From positions 199,070-263,069 of the forward strand of contig DASREM010000056.1 in assembly GCA_035652095.1 (NCBI GenBank): a stretch of 64,000 nucleotides of DNA. Direction: 5' to 3'. The notes beneath the pieces were generated by a model, which had not been told where the DNA came from, made no database searches, and saw nothing but the letters and a program-made list of their open reading frames with translations. This DNA is from Terriglobales bacterium (GTDB lineage: Bacteria > Acidobacteriota > Terriglobia > Terriglobales > Acidobacteriaceae). Within the stretch, counting starts at the first letter, position 1; each line of letters begins with the position of its first letter. The position numbers and the translations under genes were made by a program. This document shows positions 8,307 through 18,298 of the stretch, one piece after another.

Positions 8307-11300
8307 TTAGAACGTAATTCGCAGTGCGAATTCGATCTGACGTTCCGTGTTCAACAACGTGTTTGTGACTTGCCCGAAGCTTCCGCCGTTGAAATCGGCG
8401 TTGGGCTGGTCGAATTGCGGCGTGTTTGTAACGTTGTAGAACTCCGCCCGGAACTCGGTGTTGAAGCGCTCCGTGACTTTGAAGTTCTTGCTCAACGAGA
8501 GGTCCAGCGTCTTGCGTGCCGGTCCGGTGAACGGATTCCGAGGAGAGGTGCCGGGCCTCAGGTAAACGGTGTTGTTGGGTCCAAAGGTCACGGTTGGCGG
8601 ATGAACGAATGCGGCTGTGTCGAACCATTCGGTCGTCTTGTTCAGTTGATTCAGCGGGCCTGCCAGGTCCGGCCGGGTCACCGGCGAACTGGACGTGTCC
8701 GTGATGTCAAATGGCAAGCCGCTTTGCAGGGTCAGGATGGGGTTGATCTTCCATCCGCCCAGCACCGCCTCTTCGATCCCATTGAAGTTGTTGCCAATCA
8801 TCTTGCCGCGGCCAAACGGCAGTTCGACCAGCGAACTGAGGATGAAACGATGGCGTATATCCAGGTTTGAATTGCCACGCTCCTTCTTCCAGTTGAAATA
8901 GTCGAAGTGATCCTGCTGGTTATACGGCAGCCGGTCCAAGGTCCCCGGCGAATCATCAATTGTGTGTGACCAGGTATAGGAAGCGTTGAACTGGATGCCG
9001 CGGGATAGCCGGCGTTCCAACTGCGCCTGCAGCGAGTTGTAGGACGAACTGCCCTCGGTGATATTGGTGTTCACATTCCCGAGATTCGGGAACTGCCGCG
9101 AGCCCGAAGGTTGGTTGTAGTACTGCCGATTCAGGTTGAACAGCGTTTGCAGCTTCACTCCGTGCACACCCACGTAGCCCAGGCTCATGGATGTATTCGC
9201 GTCAAGTTCCCGCTGCACCTGCACGTTCCACTGTTCCGCATACGAGTTGCGGTCCCCTTGTGGATAGGAGATGACGCTGACGTTGGTAGGATTATTCGGA
9301 TCTACGGCGATGGGGCCCTTGCCCGGCAAAGCGATGGTTCCGGCGAGCGTCGGGTCACTGGTTCCGTCCGGAGCGCGCCCTTGCAGGTTGATGCGGAACC
9401 CATCGGTGTAGTTGAACTGGCTCAGTCCCTGGTAGGGAGGGTTCTGTGCCAACTGGTTGTCAATGCCGCCGCGGTCGAGGAAATAAAAGATTCCGAAGCC
9501 ACCGCGAAGGATCGTTTTGCCATTGCCGAAGGCATCGTAAGCAAACCCAATTCTCGGCGCCCAGTTATTCTTGTCGGTTGGGATCAGACTTTCGGAGGCG
9601 CCGTTCTGCCCGGCGATCAAAAGATGTCCCGCCGTGCAGGGGACAAGCGGATTCGCAAGACACGCCCCGGTCGGATCAAAGTTCGCCTGCAGGTTGTTGG
9701 TTTCCAAGGGCCACGTATAGAGGTCGTAGCGGATGCCCAAGTTCAAGGTCAGGCGGCGCGTGACTCTCCAGTCATCTTGCGCGTAATACCCGGTTTCCCA
9801 GTTGCGCGTGTGAGAGAAGCCGAGCACCGGGCCTACCTGGTAGTTATTTACAAATCCCGCCAGGACGTCGGACACTTCGTATCCGGTTGGGCTTGGGCTT
9901 TGACCGTTGCCGAACAGGAAGAAGAACCCTTTGCCGGCAAACGGCCGGAACAGGTTGACCTGACGCCGCAGCACGGTGGCGCCGAACTTGAGCGTGTGAT
10001 TGCCTTTCACGAGCGAAACACTGTCCGAGAACTGGAACGTCTGCTCCGGCACAATGTATGGACCGTAATCCCCGGTGTACTCCAGTTGGTCGTTGAATCC
10101 ACCAATCAGAGCGCCGCCACCCAGAACTGAAGTGGTGTTGGCATTCGGAATGCCAAGATTCGCCGAGACCGGGGTGTCGTTAAACGGGGGTGTATAGCCG
10201 AACTCGGTTTTGACCCAGCCAAATCGGAATTCGTTGATCAAGCTGCTGCCAAAAGTGTGCGTCTCGCCAAGCACTACAGCGCGCGGTTTGTTCGATTGCA
10301 CGCCCGAGCCGAAACCTGCCGGCAGCGCCGGCAAACGCGAACTGGTGGTTTCCTTTTCTTTTCCGTAGCTGTAGCGTCCAAACAGCGAGTCATGTTGTGT
10401 CAGGTTGTAGTCGATTCGTACGTCGAAGTCGTCGAACTTCTGAATCTGCGTCCGTTGCGTCACATAATTCTGCTTAATACAGACGCCATTGGTGTTGACT
10501 TGGCCGCACAGTGAATTGCTACCCAGCACATTTGGTTGCGGATAGGCATTCAAGTAGGCTTGGCCCGGAGCGATGATTTCGCCGGCGGGAATGAGGTTGC
10601 CGGCCAGAGGGAGGCCGGTGATGGGGTCCGTGAGTTGGATCGGGGTGGATAGGGCCAGCAACTCGGAGAAATCCCCCTGCCGCATCAGCGGAGTCGGGAC
10701 GGTCGCGCGATCCTGTCCCAATGGGAGGTATTGGCGCAATCCCTGGTAATCGCCGAAGAAGAACAGTTTGTCTTTGATGATCGGCCCGCCAATCGATGCA
10801 CCGAACTGATGCCTTTTGAATTCCGCCTTGGGGCCGCGGACAAAATAGGGCTTCGCGTCCAGATTGTCATTGCGAAGGAAGTAGAACCCGCTCCCATGAA
10901 GCTGGTTGCTGCCCGAACGGTAACTGCTGTTGACGACTCCGCCGCCGGCCCTCCCGAATTCTGCCGGAGCCACGCTGGTATCAACGCGGAACTCCTGGAT
11001 GGCCTCCGCTGGAGGAAAGAAGATGATGGTGTTCACTAGCGACTCGTTATTGTCCACTCCATCCAGCAGGAAGTTATTATTCTGCGGGCGCAATCCATTC
11101 ACCGACAGGGAAGCCCCGCCCGTATTGTTGTAACGGAAGGTTTCGGCCTGGTTCCCCGCGCCCGTCGCCTGTCCGCTCGCTACACCGCGGGTGACACCTG
11201 GCACCAGGGTCGCGAGTTGCGTGATGTTTCGCCCATTCAGGGGCAATTCCGTGATCTGTTGGCCAATCACGACCTCGCTGATATTGGAACTACCTGCTTC

Positions 11301-11711
11301 GACCAGCGGCACATCGCTTGTAACCGTGACGTTCTCGGTCACATTCCCGATTTGCAAGACGGGATTGAGCACGGCGACCTGCTGCGTCTGCAGCGTGATC
11401 TGCTGGCTCACAGTCTTGAACCCGCTTTGCTTGACGTCCACTTTGTAGCTCCCGGGCGGTAGCCCGGGGATGGTGTACGACCCTTCAGGGCCTGTTTGTG
11501 TCTCCACGGTCTTGCCGGTACCTAGATTGGTGACTGTGACAGTGGCTCCGGCAACCACGGCGCCGTTTGGGTCCGCCACAGTTCCGGTCAGGCGGGCTGT
11601 ATCGGTCTGGGCGTAGAGCGCGGGCATCCACAACAACGCCAGGAAACAGCCAAGAATCACGAACCAACGCGTTTGTCTTTCACGGGACGATAGTTTTGGC
11701 AAACTGCACAT
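8307..11711 (-). CDS. TonB-dependent receptor-like outer-membrane protein with N-terminal CarboxypepD_reg domain
   Basis: ORF 8307..11819. ATG at 11711 is preceded by GAGAGGGA. Signal peptide ends ...ALYAQ. TGTVADPNGAVVAGATVTVTNLGTG...PGSYKV is a carboxypeptidase-regulatory-like fold. The plug and a long barrel follow, ending ...FALRITF. Confidence 0.85.
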   Translation of the reverse strand: MCSLPKLSSRERQTRWFVILGCFLALLWMPALYAQTDTARLTGTVADPNGAVVAGATVTVTNLGTGKTVETQTGPEGSYTIPGLPPGSYKVDVKQSGFKTVSQQITLQTQQVAVLNPVLQIGNVTENVTVTSDVPLVEAGSSNISEVVIGQQITELPLNGRNITQLATLVPGVTRGVASGQATGAGNQAETFRYNNTGGASLSVNGLRPQNNNFLLDGVDNNESLVNTIIFFPPAEAIQEFRVDTSVAPAEFGRAGGGVVNSSYRSGSNQLHGSGFYFLRNDNLDAKPYFVRGPKAEFKRHQFGASIGGPIIKDKLFFFGDYQGLRQYLPLGQDRATVPTPLMRQGDFSELLALSTPIQLTDPITGLPLAGNLIPAGEIIAPGQAYLNAYPQPNVLGSNSLCGQVNTNGVCIKQNYVTQRTQIQKFDDFDVRIDYNLTQHDSLFGRYSYGKEKETTSSRLPALPAGFGSGVQSNKPRAVVLGETHTFGSSLINEFRFGWVKTEFGYTPPFNDTPVSANLGIPNANTTSVLGGGALIGGFNDQLEYTGDYGPYIVPEQTFQFSDSVSLVKGNHTLKFGATVLRRQVNLFRPFAGKGFFFLFGNGQSPSPTGYEVSDVLAGFVNNYQVGPVLGFSHTRNWETGYYAQDDWRVTRRLTLNLGIRYDLYTWPLETNNLQANFDPTGACLANPLVPCTAGHLLIAGQNGASESLIPTDKNNWAPRIGFAYDAFGNGKTILRGGFGIFYFLDRGGIDNQLAQNPPYQGLSQFNYTDGFRINLQGRAPDGTSDPTLAGTIALPGKGPIAVDPNNPTNVSVISYPQGDRNSYAEQWNVQVQRELDANTSMSLGYVGVHGVKLQTLFNLNRQYYNQPSGSRQFPNLGNVNTNITEGSSSYNSLQAQLERRLSRGIQFNASYTWSHTIDDSPGTLDRLPYNQQDHFDYFNWKKERGNSNLDIRHRFILSSLVELPFGRGKMIGNNFNGIEEAVLGGWKINPILTLQSGLPFDITDTSSSPVTRPDLAGPLNQLNKTTEWFDTAAFVHPPTVTFGPNNTVYLRPGTSPRNPFTGPARKTLDLSLSKNFKVTERFNTEFRAEFYNVTNTPQFDQPNADFNGGSFGQVTNTLLNTERQIEFALRITF

Positions 11712-12067
11712 GATGATCCCTCTCTGTCTTATGCTGCCTCGCGTTCGCATTTTGGCGCCGCGACATTGTTCGATCATTCCTAGCATCGTTCGTGATGACT
11801 GCGATGTGTTCGCCGTCACACCACGTGCCTAGTCTGAGTCAGGCCTACGTGTTTCAGAATCTTCCAAATAACATACCTGTACATCCATAAAACAAGAGTA
11901 CTGATGAAGAAGGGATTATTGAGTTGAACGGCACGATAGTTTCTGCTTCTCTCGAGAGCGGTGGAAGTCTCCGCGAGGTTTGATACCGTTACACCAATTA
12001 ACCCTTCAGTTGCAGTGCGTTTCCAGCTTTGTTACTGTGTTGTTACATCGGTCGTTGGCGATTTCAC

Positions 12068-13294
12068 ATGTCGCAGCGGGATCAGTTCGCGAAGGAAATC
12101 GAAAAGCTTACCCGCAGCAGCGTGCTTCATGGTTCAGAGTCGTTGTGCAAAATGCTTCAGTATTTAGGGAAGCAAGCCCTCGACCATCCCGGAACCCCGG
12201 TCAAGGAATACCAGTTAGCAACCGAGGTATTTGGTCGCTCCGCCGATTTCGATCCCTCCTCTGATTCCACCATTCGGGTTCAAGCCAGCCGTTTACGAGT
12301 GAAGCTAGCGGAGTACTACGGCTCGGAAGGGGCCAGCGACCCCGTGATTGTGGAGTTGCCCAAGGGATCATATGCTCTGACCTTTCACCCGCGCGCGACC
12401 AACGGGCGAGGCGCTCCCGTAGTAAATGACCGCACAGAAGAGAAACCTGCGCCGCCCCCTTCTTGGAGTCGCACATCCACCATGGTGGCTGTCGCCGCCG
12501 TTGTTGTGGCCGTAGTGGCCATCATTTCCGCCTTCTCACGAGAGCGTCGCCCGACTGTCGCTGCCACCGCAGCGTCTGCTCCTCAGGCGTTCCAGGTATT
12601 CTGGAACACGTTCATCTCCGATCCAGCGGATCCGTGGGTGATTTTCAGCAATGCGGCATTCATCGGGCGCCCCGAGACCGGCATGCGCTATTTCAACTCC
12701 GGTAAGGACGGCAATAGTCAAATCTGGGACCATTACACCGGCGTCGGCGAAGTTCTTGCGGTACATCAACTGGATCAAGCATTTGGGGTGCTGGGCCGCC
12801 ATGTGCGCGTAAAGCGCGGCAGCCTGTTTTCGCTGGACGACGCTGAAAACAATAATTTGATCTTTGTTGGATCTCCCTCGGAGAATCTCACCCTTTCTGA
12901 CATTCCGAGCACCAAAGAATTTGTCTTCCAGCGCATGGAGTCTGGTCCGCGCAAGGGGGACCTGGCCCTGGTCAACAAAAACCCTCAACCCGGCGAGCCC
13001 GAGGCATTCCTGGCATCACCCGTCGGCGTGCCGCTCGTCGAGGATTACGCCGTAGTGGGTCTGGTACCGGGAATGAACCCTTCCCGCTCCGTCCTGATTC
13101 TGGCGGGAACTACAACTTTTGGAACCCAGGCCGCCGCCGAATACGTTTGCCGTCAGAATTCGCTGCAACAACTACTTTCTCGACTCCGTGCTTCCAAGGC
13201 AGGAGATGTGAAGCCATTCGAAGCCCTTCTACGCGTCAGAGTCAGTCGTGGGGTTCCCGTCGACACCGAGTTGGTCTCCGTTCGCATGCGCTAG
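12068..13294 (+). CDS. Membrane-anchored putative regulator/sensor (N-terminal winged-helix-like domain, one TM, extracytoplasmic domain)
   Basis: ORF 12029..13294, with ATG at 12068. The motif KEYQLATEVFGRSADFDPSSDSTIRVQASRLRVKLAEYY...VELPKGSYALTF is recurrent at the N-terminus of acidobacterial signalling proteins. TM segment MVAVAAVVVAVVAIISAF. The C-terminal roughly 250 aa are unassigned. Confidence 0.4.
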   Translation: MSQRDQFAKEIEKLTRSSVLHGSESLCKMLQYLGKQALDHPGTPVKEYQLATEVFGRSADFDPSSDSTIRVQASRLRVKLAEYYGSEGASDPVIVELPKGSYALTFHPRATNGRGAPVVNDRTEEKPAPPPSWSRTSTMVAVAAVVVAVVAIISAFSRERRPTVAATAASAPQAFQVFWNTFISDPADPWVIFSNAAFIGRPETGMRYFNSGKDGNSQIWDHYTGVGEVLAVHQLDQAFGVLGRHVRVKRGSLFSLDDAENNNLIFVGSPSENLTLSDIPSTKEFVFQRMESGPRKGDLALVNKNPQPGEPEAFLASPVGVPLVEDYAVVGLVPGMNPSRSVLILAGTTTFGTQAAAEYVCRQNSLQQLLSRLRASKAGDVKPFEALLRVRVSRGVPVDTELVSVRMR

Positions 13295-13366
13295 GTTTTT
13301 TCTTCCGATCTCGGGATTTCCTGGGTTCAGTCAGTTATCATTCCCGCGAACAGGCCATTCTCTTCT

Positions 13367-15778
13367 ATGCGAAACTTCTTTTGGGTAGCCTTGTGGCTCG
13401 CTACGGCAGTCTCGTTCGTTGAAGCTCAGCCCCAATACTTAAATCATGCCGATGCCGTAAAGGCTTTGCCGGATGGAGTTGAACTTGCCATCGGCTCTTC
13501 CCGGCTCCGGATAACGGTCCTAAGCTCCACGGTCCTCCGTTTTCGTTACTCTCTGACAGGCTCGTTTCCGCAGGAAAATCCCTTCGTGGTGTTGCAGAAT
13601 GCTTTTCCTGATTTGAAGAGCGCGCCGCGATTCGAGCATTCCAGCGGCCGCGAAACTCTTCAGACGGACGCCCTCAAGGTGGAAATAGCTGACTCGCCAC
13701 TCCACATTCGAGTCCTCGATGCCAGCGGCCAGCCTGTCGCGCAGGATTACCAGAATTCTCCAGTCCAGTTCAACGGAACTGCGTTTCGAGTCTGGAAGGC
13801 GATGCCGCAGGACGAACATTACTTCGGCCTCGGGGACAAGGCCGGCCCCATGGATCATCGCGACCAGGCTTTCACCATGTGGAATACCGACGCGGTGGAT
13901 TGGACCCAGGGCTCAGATCCTCTCTACAAGAGCATCCCTTTCTTCATGGCCGTGCGTCATGGGCGCGCCTACGGGATTTTCTTGAACAACACCTTCCGTA
14001 GCAGCTTCGAATTCGGAAAGCAGCACCGTGACGCATATTCCTTCGGTTCCGAAGGCGGAGAACTCGATTATTACTTCTTCTACGGCCCTTCGCCTAAGCA
14101 GGTCCTGGAATCGTTCACTGCCCTGGTAGGGCGGACTCCACTACCTCCTAAGTTCGTGCTGGGATACCAGCAGTCCCGCTACAGCTACTTTCCTGAGAAG
14201 CAGGTGCGTGAGATTGCGGCCGAATTTCGCGTCAGGAAAATTCCCTGCGACATGCTGTACCTCGATATCGATTACGAGGACAAGTACCGCAGCTTCACCA
14301 TTGATCGCGAACGCTTCCCGAATTTCGAGCAAATGGTCCGCGACTTGGACTCCCAGGGGTTCAAGATCGTGCCCATTGTTGATGTGCACCTCGCACAACA
14401 GCCTGGCTACAAGCCATATGACGAAGGCATGCAGCACGACTATTTTGTAAAGAATGCGGACGGTTCCGTCTATGTTGGACCGGTCTGGCCCGGCCCCAGC
14501 GTGTTTCCGGATCTCACGCGGGCTGACGTGAGAAAGTGGTATGGGGATCTATATGCCGACTTTCTGAAGATGGGAATTCGCGGATTTTGGAATGACATGA
14601 ACGAGCCTGCCGTCTTCCGCTATCCCGAGAAGACGATGCCGCTCGACGTGGTTCACAGCATGGAAGGCCGCAATACAGACCACCGCGAGGTGCACAACAT
14701 CTTCGGCATGGAGAATGTTCGCGCCACTTATGAAGGGATGCTGCGGCATAATCCGGACTTGCGTCCTTACGTCTTAACCCGAGCTGGCTTCGCCGGCACG
14801 CAGCGCTATGCCGCTACCTGGACGGGCGACAACGCCGCAACCTGGATCCATTACAAGCTTTCCGTCACCGATCTCCTCAGCATGGGACTCTCTGGTTACC
14901 CGCTGGTCGGCGTGGATGCGGGTGGCTTCGCTTTTGATCCCACTCCCGAGCTCCTGACCCGCTGGACCGAACTGGCGATGTTTCTCCCGATTTTCCGCAA
15001 CCACTCCGCAAAGGGCACCCGCTTGCGTGAGCCTTGGGTCGATGGACAAGAACACGAGGCCATTCGGAAACGCTATATCGAAGAGCGATATCGTCTCTTC
15101 CCGTATATTTACACTTCCATGGAAGAGACGTCCCGCACCGGCGTTCCTCTGATGCGACCAATGTTCCTCGAATTTCCGTACGATCCTGCTCTGGAAACCG
15201 TCGACCGCGAATTCTTGTTCGGCCCAAACATCCTGGTCGCGCCCGGGAATGAGACAACCAATGCTTACGAGGTGATGTTGCCGGCAGGAACCTGGTACGA
15301 ATTGTGGTCTGGGCGCGCGGTTTCAGGCAAGCAGATGGTGAAACCCTCGCTCGATACCCTTCCAGCTTATGTGAGGGCTGGTTCGATTCTGCCTGAACAG
15401 CCTGTAATCCAAAGCACTGGTGAGAAGCCAAACGGTCCGCTTCAGCTCGCGGTGTATCCCGGGCCCAATTGCCAAGGGACTCTTTATGACGATGATGGCA
15501 ATAGCTTTGCCTATCGAAGAGGTGAAACGCTGCGGATGAGCTTTAACTGCGAAGTAAGCCCGCAAACTTTGCGAGTGAGCATTCTGAAGCCGCAAGGTCC
15601 ATACCCGCCATGGTGGACCGCAGTGCAAGTGCAAATGTTCGGAGTCTCCCATTCCCCAACCGCGGTCAGTGTGAATGGAAATCGTGTGTCAGATTGGAAG
15701 TTCGACTCCGGGCGCGAAATGTTGACTTTGGAAATTCCGCAATCATCCACGGCGAGCGAAATTATCGTCCGCCAATGA
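13367..15778 (+). CDS. GH31 alpha-glucosidase, secreted
   Basis: Signal peptide MRNFFWVALWLATAVSFVEA. GH31 signatures YLDIDY and GFWNDMNEP (nucleophile region), plus TWTGDN. Confidence 0.9.
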   Translation: MRNFFWVALWLATAVSFVEAQPQYLNHADAVKALPDGVELAIGSSRLRITVLSSTVLRFRYSLTGSFPQENPFVVLQNAFPDLKSAPRFEHSSGRETLQTDALKVEIADSPLHIRVLDASGQPVAQDYQNSPVQFNGTAFRVWKAMPQDEHYFGLGDKAGPMDHRDQAFTMWNTDAVDWTQGSDPLYKSIPFFMAVRHGRAYGIFLNNTFRSSFEFGKQHRDAYSFGSEGGELDYYFFYGPSPKQVLESFTALVGRTPLPPKFVLGYQQSRYSYFPEKQVREIAAEFRVRKIPCDMLYLDIDYEDKYRSFTIDRERFPNFEQMVRDLDSQGFKIVPIVDVHLAQQPGYKPYDEGMQHDYFVKNADGSVYVGPVWPGPSVFPDLTRADVRKWYGDLYADFLKMGIRGFWNDMNEPAVFRYPEKTMPLDVVHSMEGRNTDHREVHNIFGMENVRATYEGMLRHNPDLRPYVLTRAGFAGTQRYAATWTGDNAATWIHYKLSVTDLLSMGLSGYPLVGVDAGGFAFDPTPELLTRWTELAMFLPIFRNHSAKGTRLREPWVDGQEHEAIRKRYIEERYRLFPYIYTSMEETSRTGVPLMRPMFLEFPYDPALETVDREFLFGPNILVAPGNETTNAYEVMLPAGTWYELWSGRAVSGKQMVKPSLDTLPAYVRAGSILPEQPVIQSTGEKPNGPLQLAVYPGPNCQGTLYDDDGNSFAYRRGETLRMSFNCEVSPQTLRVSILKPQGPYPPWWTAVQVQMFGVSHSPTAVSVNGNRVSDWKFDSGREMLTLEIPQSSTASEIIVRQ

Positions 15779-15779
15779 T

Positions 15780-17153
15780 TCAGTCGGCATAGCTGACAGC
15801 CGCGGGTTCGGCCTTCTTGCGCAGCGGTTCATCCACATCCTGCACACGCTGCATCAGGATTGCAGCGATCAGCATGAACACGCCCCCTGCGATCACCGCG
15901 GAGAGACGATTGTTGTGCAGCAGGTGCAGCATCACCCAGCCGAAAAGCAGGGATGCCGTAATCTCGGGTATCACGATAAAGAAATTAAAAATTCCCATGT
16001 AGACACCGGTTTTGTTTTTCGGCAGTGATCCTGCCAGGATGGCGTACGGCATGGCCAGCGTGCTTGCCCAGGCAATGCCAACCCCGGTCATCGAGAGCAA
16101 CAGCAAGTACTTTTGATGAATGAAGAAGACTGACACCAGGCCCAGCGCTCCGCAGACCAGGCATAAGCTGTGAGTGTGCCGGCGCGTGATCTTACCAGCG
16201 ATCACCGGGAGCAGCAGTGCAAACCCGGAGCATACGGCCGAGTACATTGCGAAGCAGATGCCCGCCCACGCCACTCCATCCCCATATAACGACGTGCTCG
16301 GATCATCGGCCCCAAATACGTTGTGAGCCACTGCGACCGGAAAGTACAGCCACATGCAGAACAGGCCCAACCATGTGAACACCTGGACCCATGCTAATTG
16401 CCGCATGGTGGCGGGAATTTCGGCGATGGAATCCAGGATTTCACGCGCATTCTGTAGTAAGCCGGCGCCCTGTTTCTTTTTCCGGCGAAATTCTTCCAGA
16501 TCATCTGGCGGGTATTCCCTGGTCGTAAAGATGGTCCAAAGCACAGCCGACAAGAACGCTGTCGCCCCCACATAAAAAGAGATTCGCTGCACGGCTGGGA
16601 TGGAACCGCGGGCCGAAACATTCTGGACGTGGAAGACTTGCGTCAGCAGCCAGGGCAAAGCCGAAGCTACGACTGCGCCCAGGCCGATGAACAAGCTCTG
16701 CATCGCGAATCCTGAAGTACGCTGATCCTCCGGGAGCAAGTCGGCAACGAAGGCGCGAAACGGCTCCATACTTACGTTGATTGAAGCGTCCAGCACCCAG
16801 AGCAGTCCCGCCGCCATCCATAACGCAGAACTTCTCGGCATCAGGATGAGCGCCGCCGAACTGAGAATTGCGCCCGCTAGAAAGTACGGGCGCCGCCGCC
16901 CTAGGGGTCCCCAAGTCCGGTCACTGGCATGACCAATGATGGGTTGTACGATCAGTCCGGTCAGGGGGGCCGCTAACCACAGAATCGGAATCTGGTCGGG
17001 CCGTGCGCCCAGGTATTCGTAGATCGCGCTCATGTTGGCCATCTGCAGCCCCCAGCCAAACTGGATGCCCAGAAATCCGAAGCTCATGTTCCAGATCTGC
17101 CAGAAGCTCTGCTGAGGTTTTTGCATGAAAGCGCCGCGCGAACCATGATACAT
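15780..17153 (-). CDS. MFS sugar transporter, SLC45/GPH-like (maltose/sucrose:H+ symporter type)
   Basis: ORF 15780..17264. The start is uncertain (ATG 17153 or 17126). FGFLGIQFGWGLQMANMSAIY...PLTGLIVQPIIGHASDRTWGPLGRRRPYF is typical of SLC45-like MFS proteins. About 12 TM segments. Confidence 0.75.
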   Translation of the reverse strand: MYHGSRGAFMQKPQQSFWQIWNMSFGFLGIQFGWGLQMANMSAIYEYLGARPDQIPILWLAAPLTGLIVQPIIGHASDRTWGPLGRRRPYFLAGAILSSAALILMPRSSALWMAAGLLWVLDASINVSMEPFRAFVADLLPEDQRTSGFAMQSLFIGLGAVVASALPWLLTQVFHVQNVSARGSIPAVQRISFYVGATAFLSAVLWTIFTTREYPPDDLEEFRRKKKQGAGLLQNAREILDSIAEIPATMRQLAWVQVFTWLGLFCMWLYFPVAVAHNVFGADDPSTSLYGDGVAWAGICFAMYSAVCSGFALLLPVIAGKITRRHTHSLCLVCGALGLVSVFFIHQKYLLLLSMTGVGIAWASTLAMPYAILAGSLPKNKTGVYMGIFNFFIVIPEITASLLFGWVMLHLLHNNRLSAVIAGGVFMLIAAILMQRVQDVDEPLRKKAEPAAVSYAD

Positions 17154-17329
17154 GGAGCACCTGGCACCATTTGCGATAAACAGGACACCCCTCCACGCAG
17201 GCGTATCCTGAACCGGAAAGGCCCGCCGCCGCATCTCTACCCTAAGCTGGGCCTTTGCCCGCAAAAGCGAGGGATCTAGCGTGCGCTAAACCCGACTCAT
17301 GGTGGCTAGCCGCACAAGACAGGAACAAC

Positions 17330-18295
17330 ATGAAGATTGCGAACAACGTTACGGAACTGATCGGAAACACCCCGCTGGTGCGTCTCAACAAAGTGACGCA
17401 AGGGGCAGTCGCGGACGTAGTCGCGAAACTTGAAAGCCAAAATCCTCTGGGTAGTGTGAAGGATCGCATCGGCGTGAGCATGATCGAAGAAGCGGAGAAG
17501 GCAGGCAGGATCACGCCGGGCAAGACCGTACTCATCGAACCGACCAGTGGTAACACCGGGATCGGTCTAGCGTTCGTTGCTGCCGTAAAGGGCTACAAGT
17601 TGATTTTGACCATGCCCGAAACCATGAGCCTGGAGCGGCGGGTCCTGCTGCTCGCCTTCGGCGCGGAAATCGTTCTCACTCCTGGCCCGAAAGGGATGAA
17701 AGCGGCCATTGCCAAGGCTGAGGAACTGCTCGCCGCTAGTCCCAACGGCCACATGCTGCAGCAATTCGATAACCCGGCCAATCCCAAGATTCATGTTGAA
17801 ACCACCGGCCCTGAAATCTGGAACGACACGGATGGCAAGATTGATATTCTGGTTTCCGGCGTTGGCACCGGCGGCACCCTGACCGGAGTTTCCGATTACA
17901 TTAAGCCCCGCAAGCCATCGCTCCGCGTGGTTGCTGTCGAGCCTGCCGACAGCCCGGTCTTGTCGGGAGGAAAGCCCTCGCCGCACAAGATCCAGGGTAT
18001 CGGAGCGGGTTTTGTTCCAAGCATTCTGAAAACCGATTCCATCGATGAAGTGATCACTGTCACCAATGATGACGCCATCAACATGGCTCGCCGTCTTCCC
18101 AGGGAAGAAGGGCTGCTGGTAGGCATCTCTTCGGGTGCTGCGGTGATTGCCGCTCTCCAGGTTGCGCGGCGTCCGGAGAACGCAGGCAAGCTGATTGTCG
18201 TGGTACTGCCCTCCTTCGGCGAGCGCTATCTCAGCAGTATTCTGTTCGAAGGGCTTCGGGAGCAGGCATTGCAGATCCCGACTTCCCAGGTGTGA
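17330..18295 (+). CDS. cysK: Cysteine synthase A (O-acetylserine sulfhydrylase)
   Basis: ORF 17255..18295. ATG at 17330 follows [32 protein letters not shown] (PLP lysine region), [12 protein letters not shown] and GTGGT are all present. Confidence 0.95.
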   Translation: MKIANNVTELIGNTPLVRLNKVTQGAVADVVAKLESQNPLGSVKDRIGVSMIEEAEKAGRITPGKTVLIEPTSGNTGIGLAFVAAVKGYKLILTMPETMSLERRVLLLAFGAEIVLTPGPKGMKAAIAKAEELLAASPNGHMLQQFDNPANPKIHVETTGPEIWNDTDGKIDILVSGVGTGGTLTGVSDYIKPRKPSLRVVAVEPADSPVLSGGKPSPHKIQGIGAGFVPSILKTDSIDEVITVTNDDAINMARRLPREEGLLVGISSGAAVIAALQVARRPENAGKLIVVVLPSFGERYLSSILFEGLREQALQIPTSQV

Positions 18296-18298
18296 CAC

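Noticed and set aside
8245-8628. N-terminal 128-aa extension of the GH13 ORF (ORF track 6409-8628).
   Set aside because: The extension overlaps the 3' end of the upstream TonB-dependent receptor gene and is Arg-rich nonsense. A GTG at 8244 with an SD and a clean signal peptide gives a sensible start.
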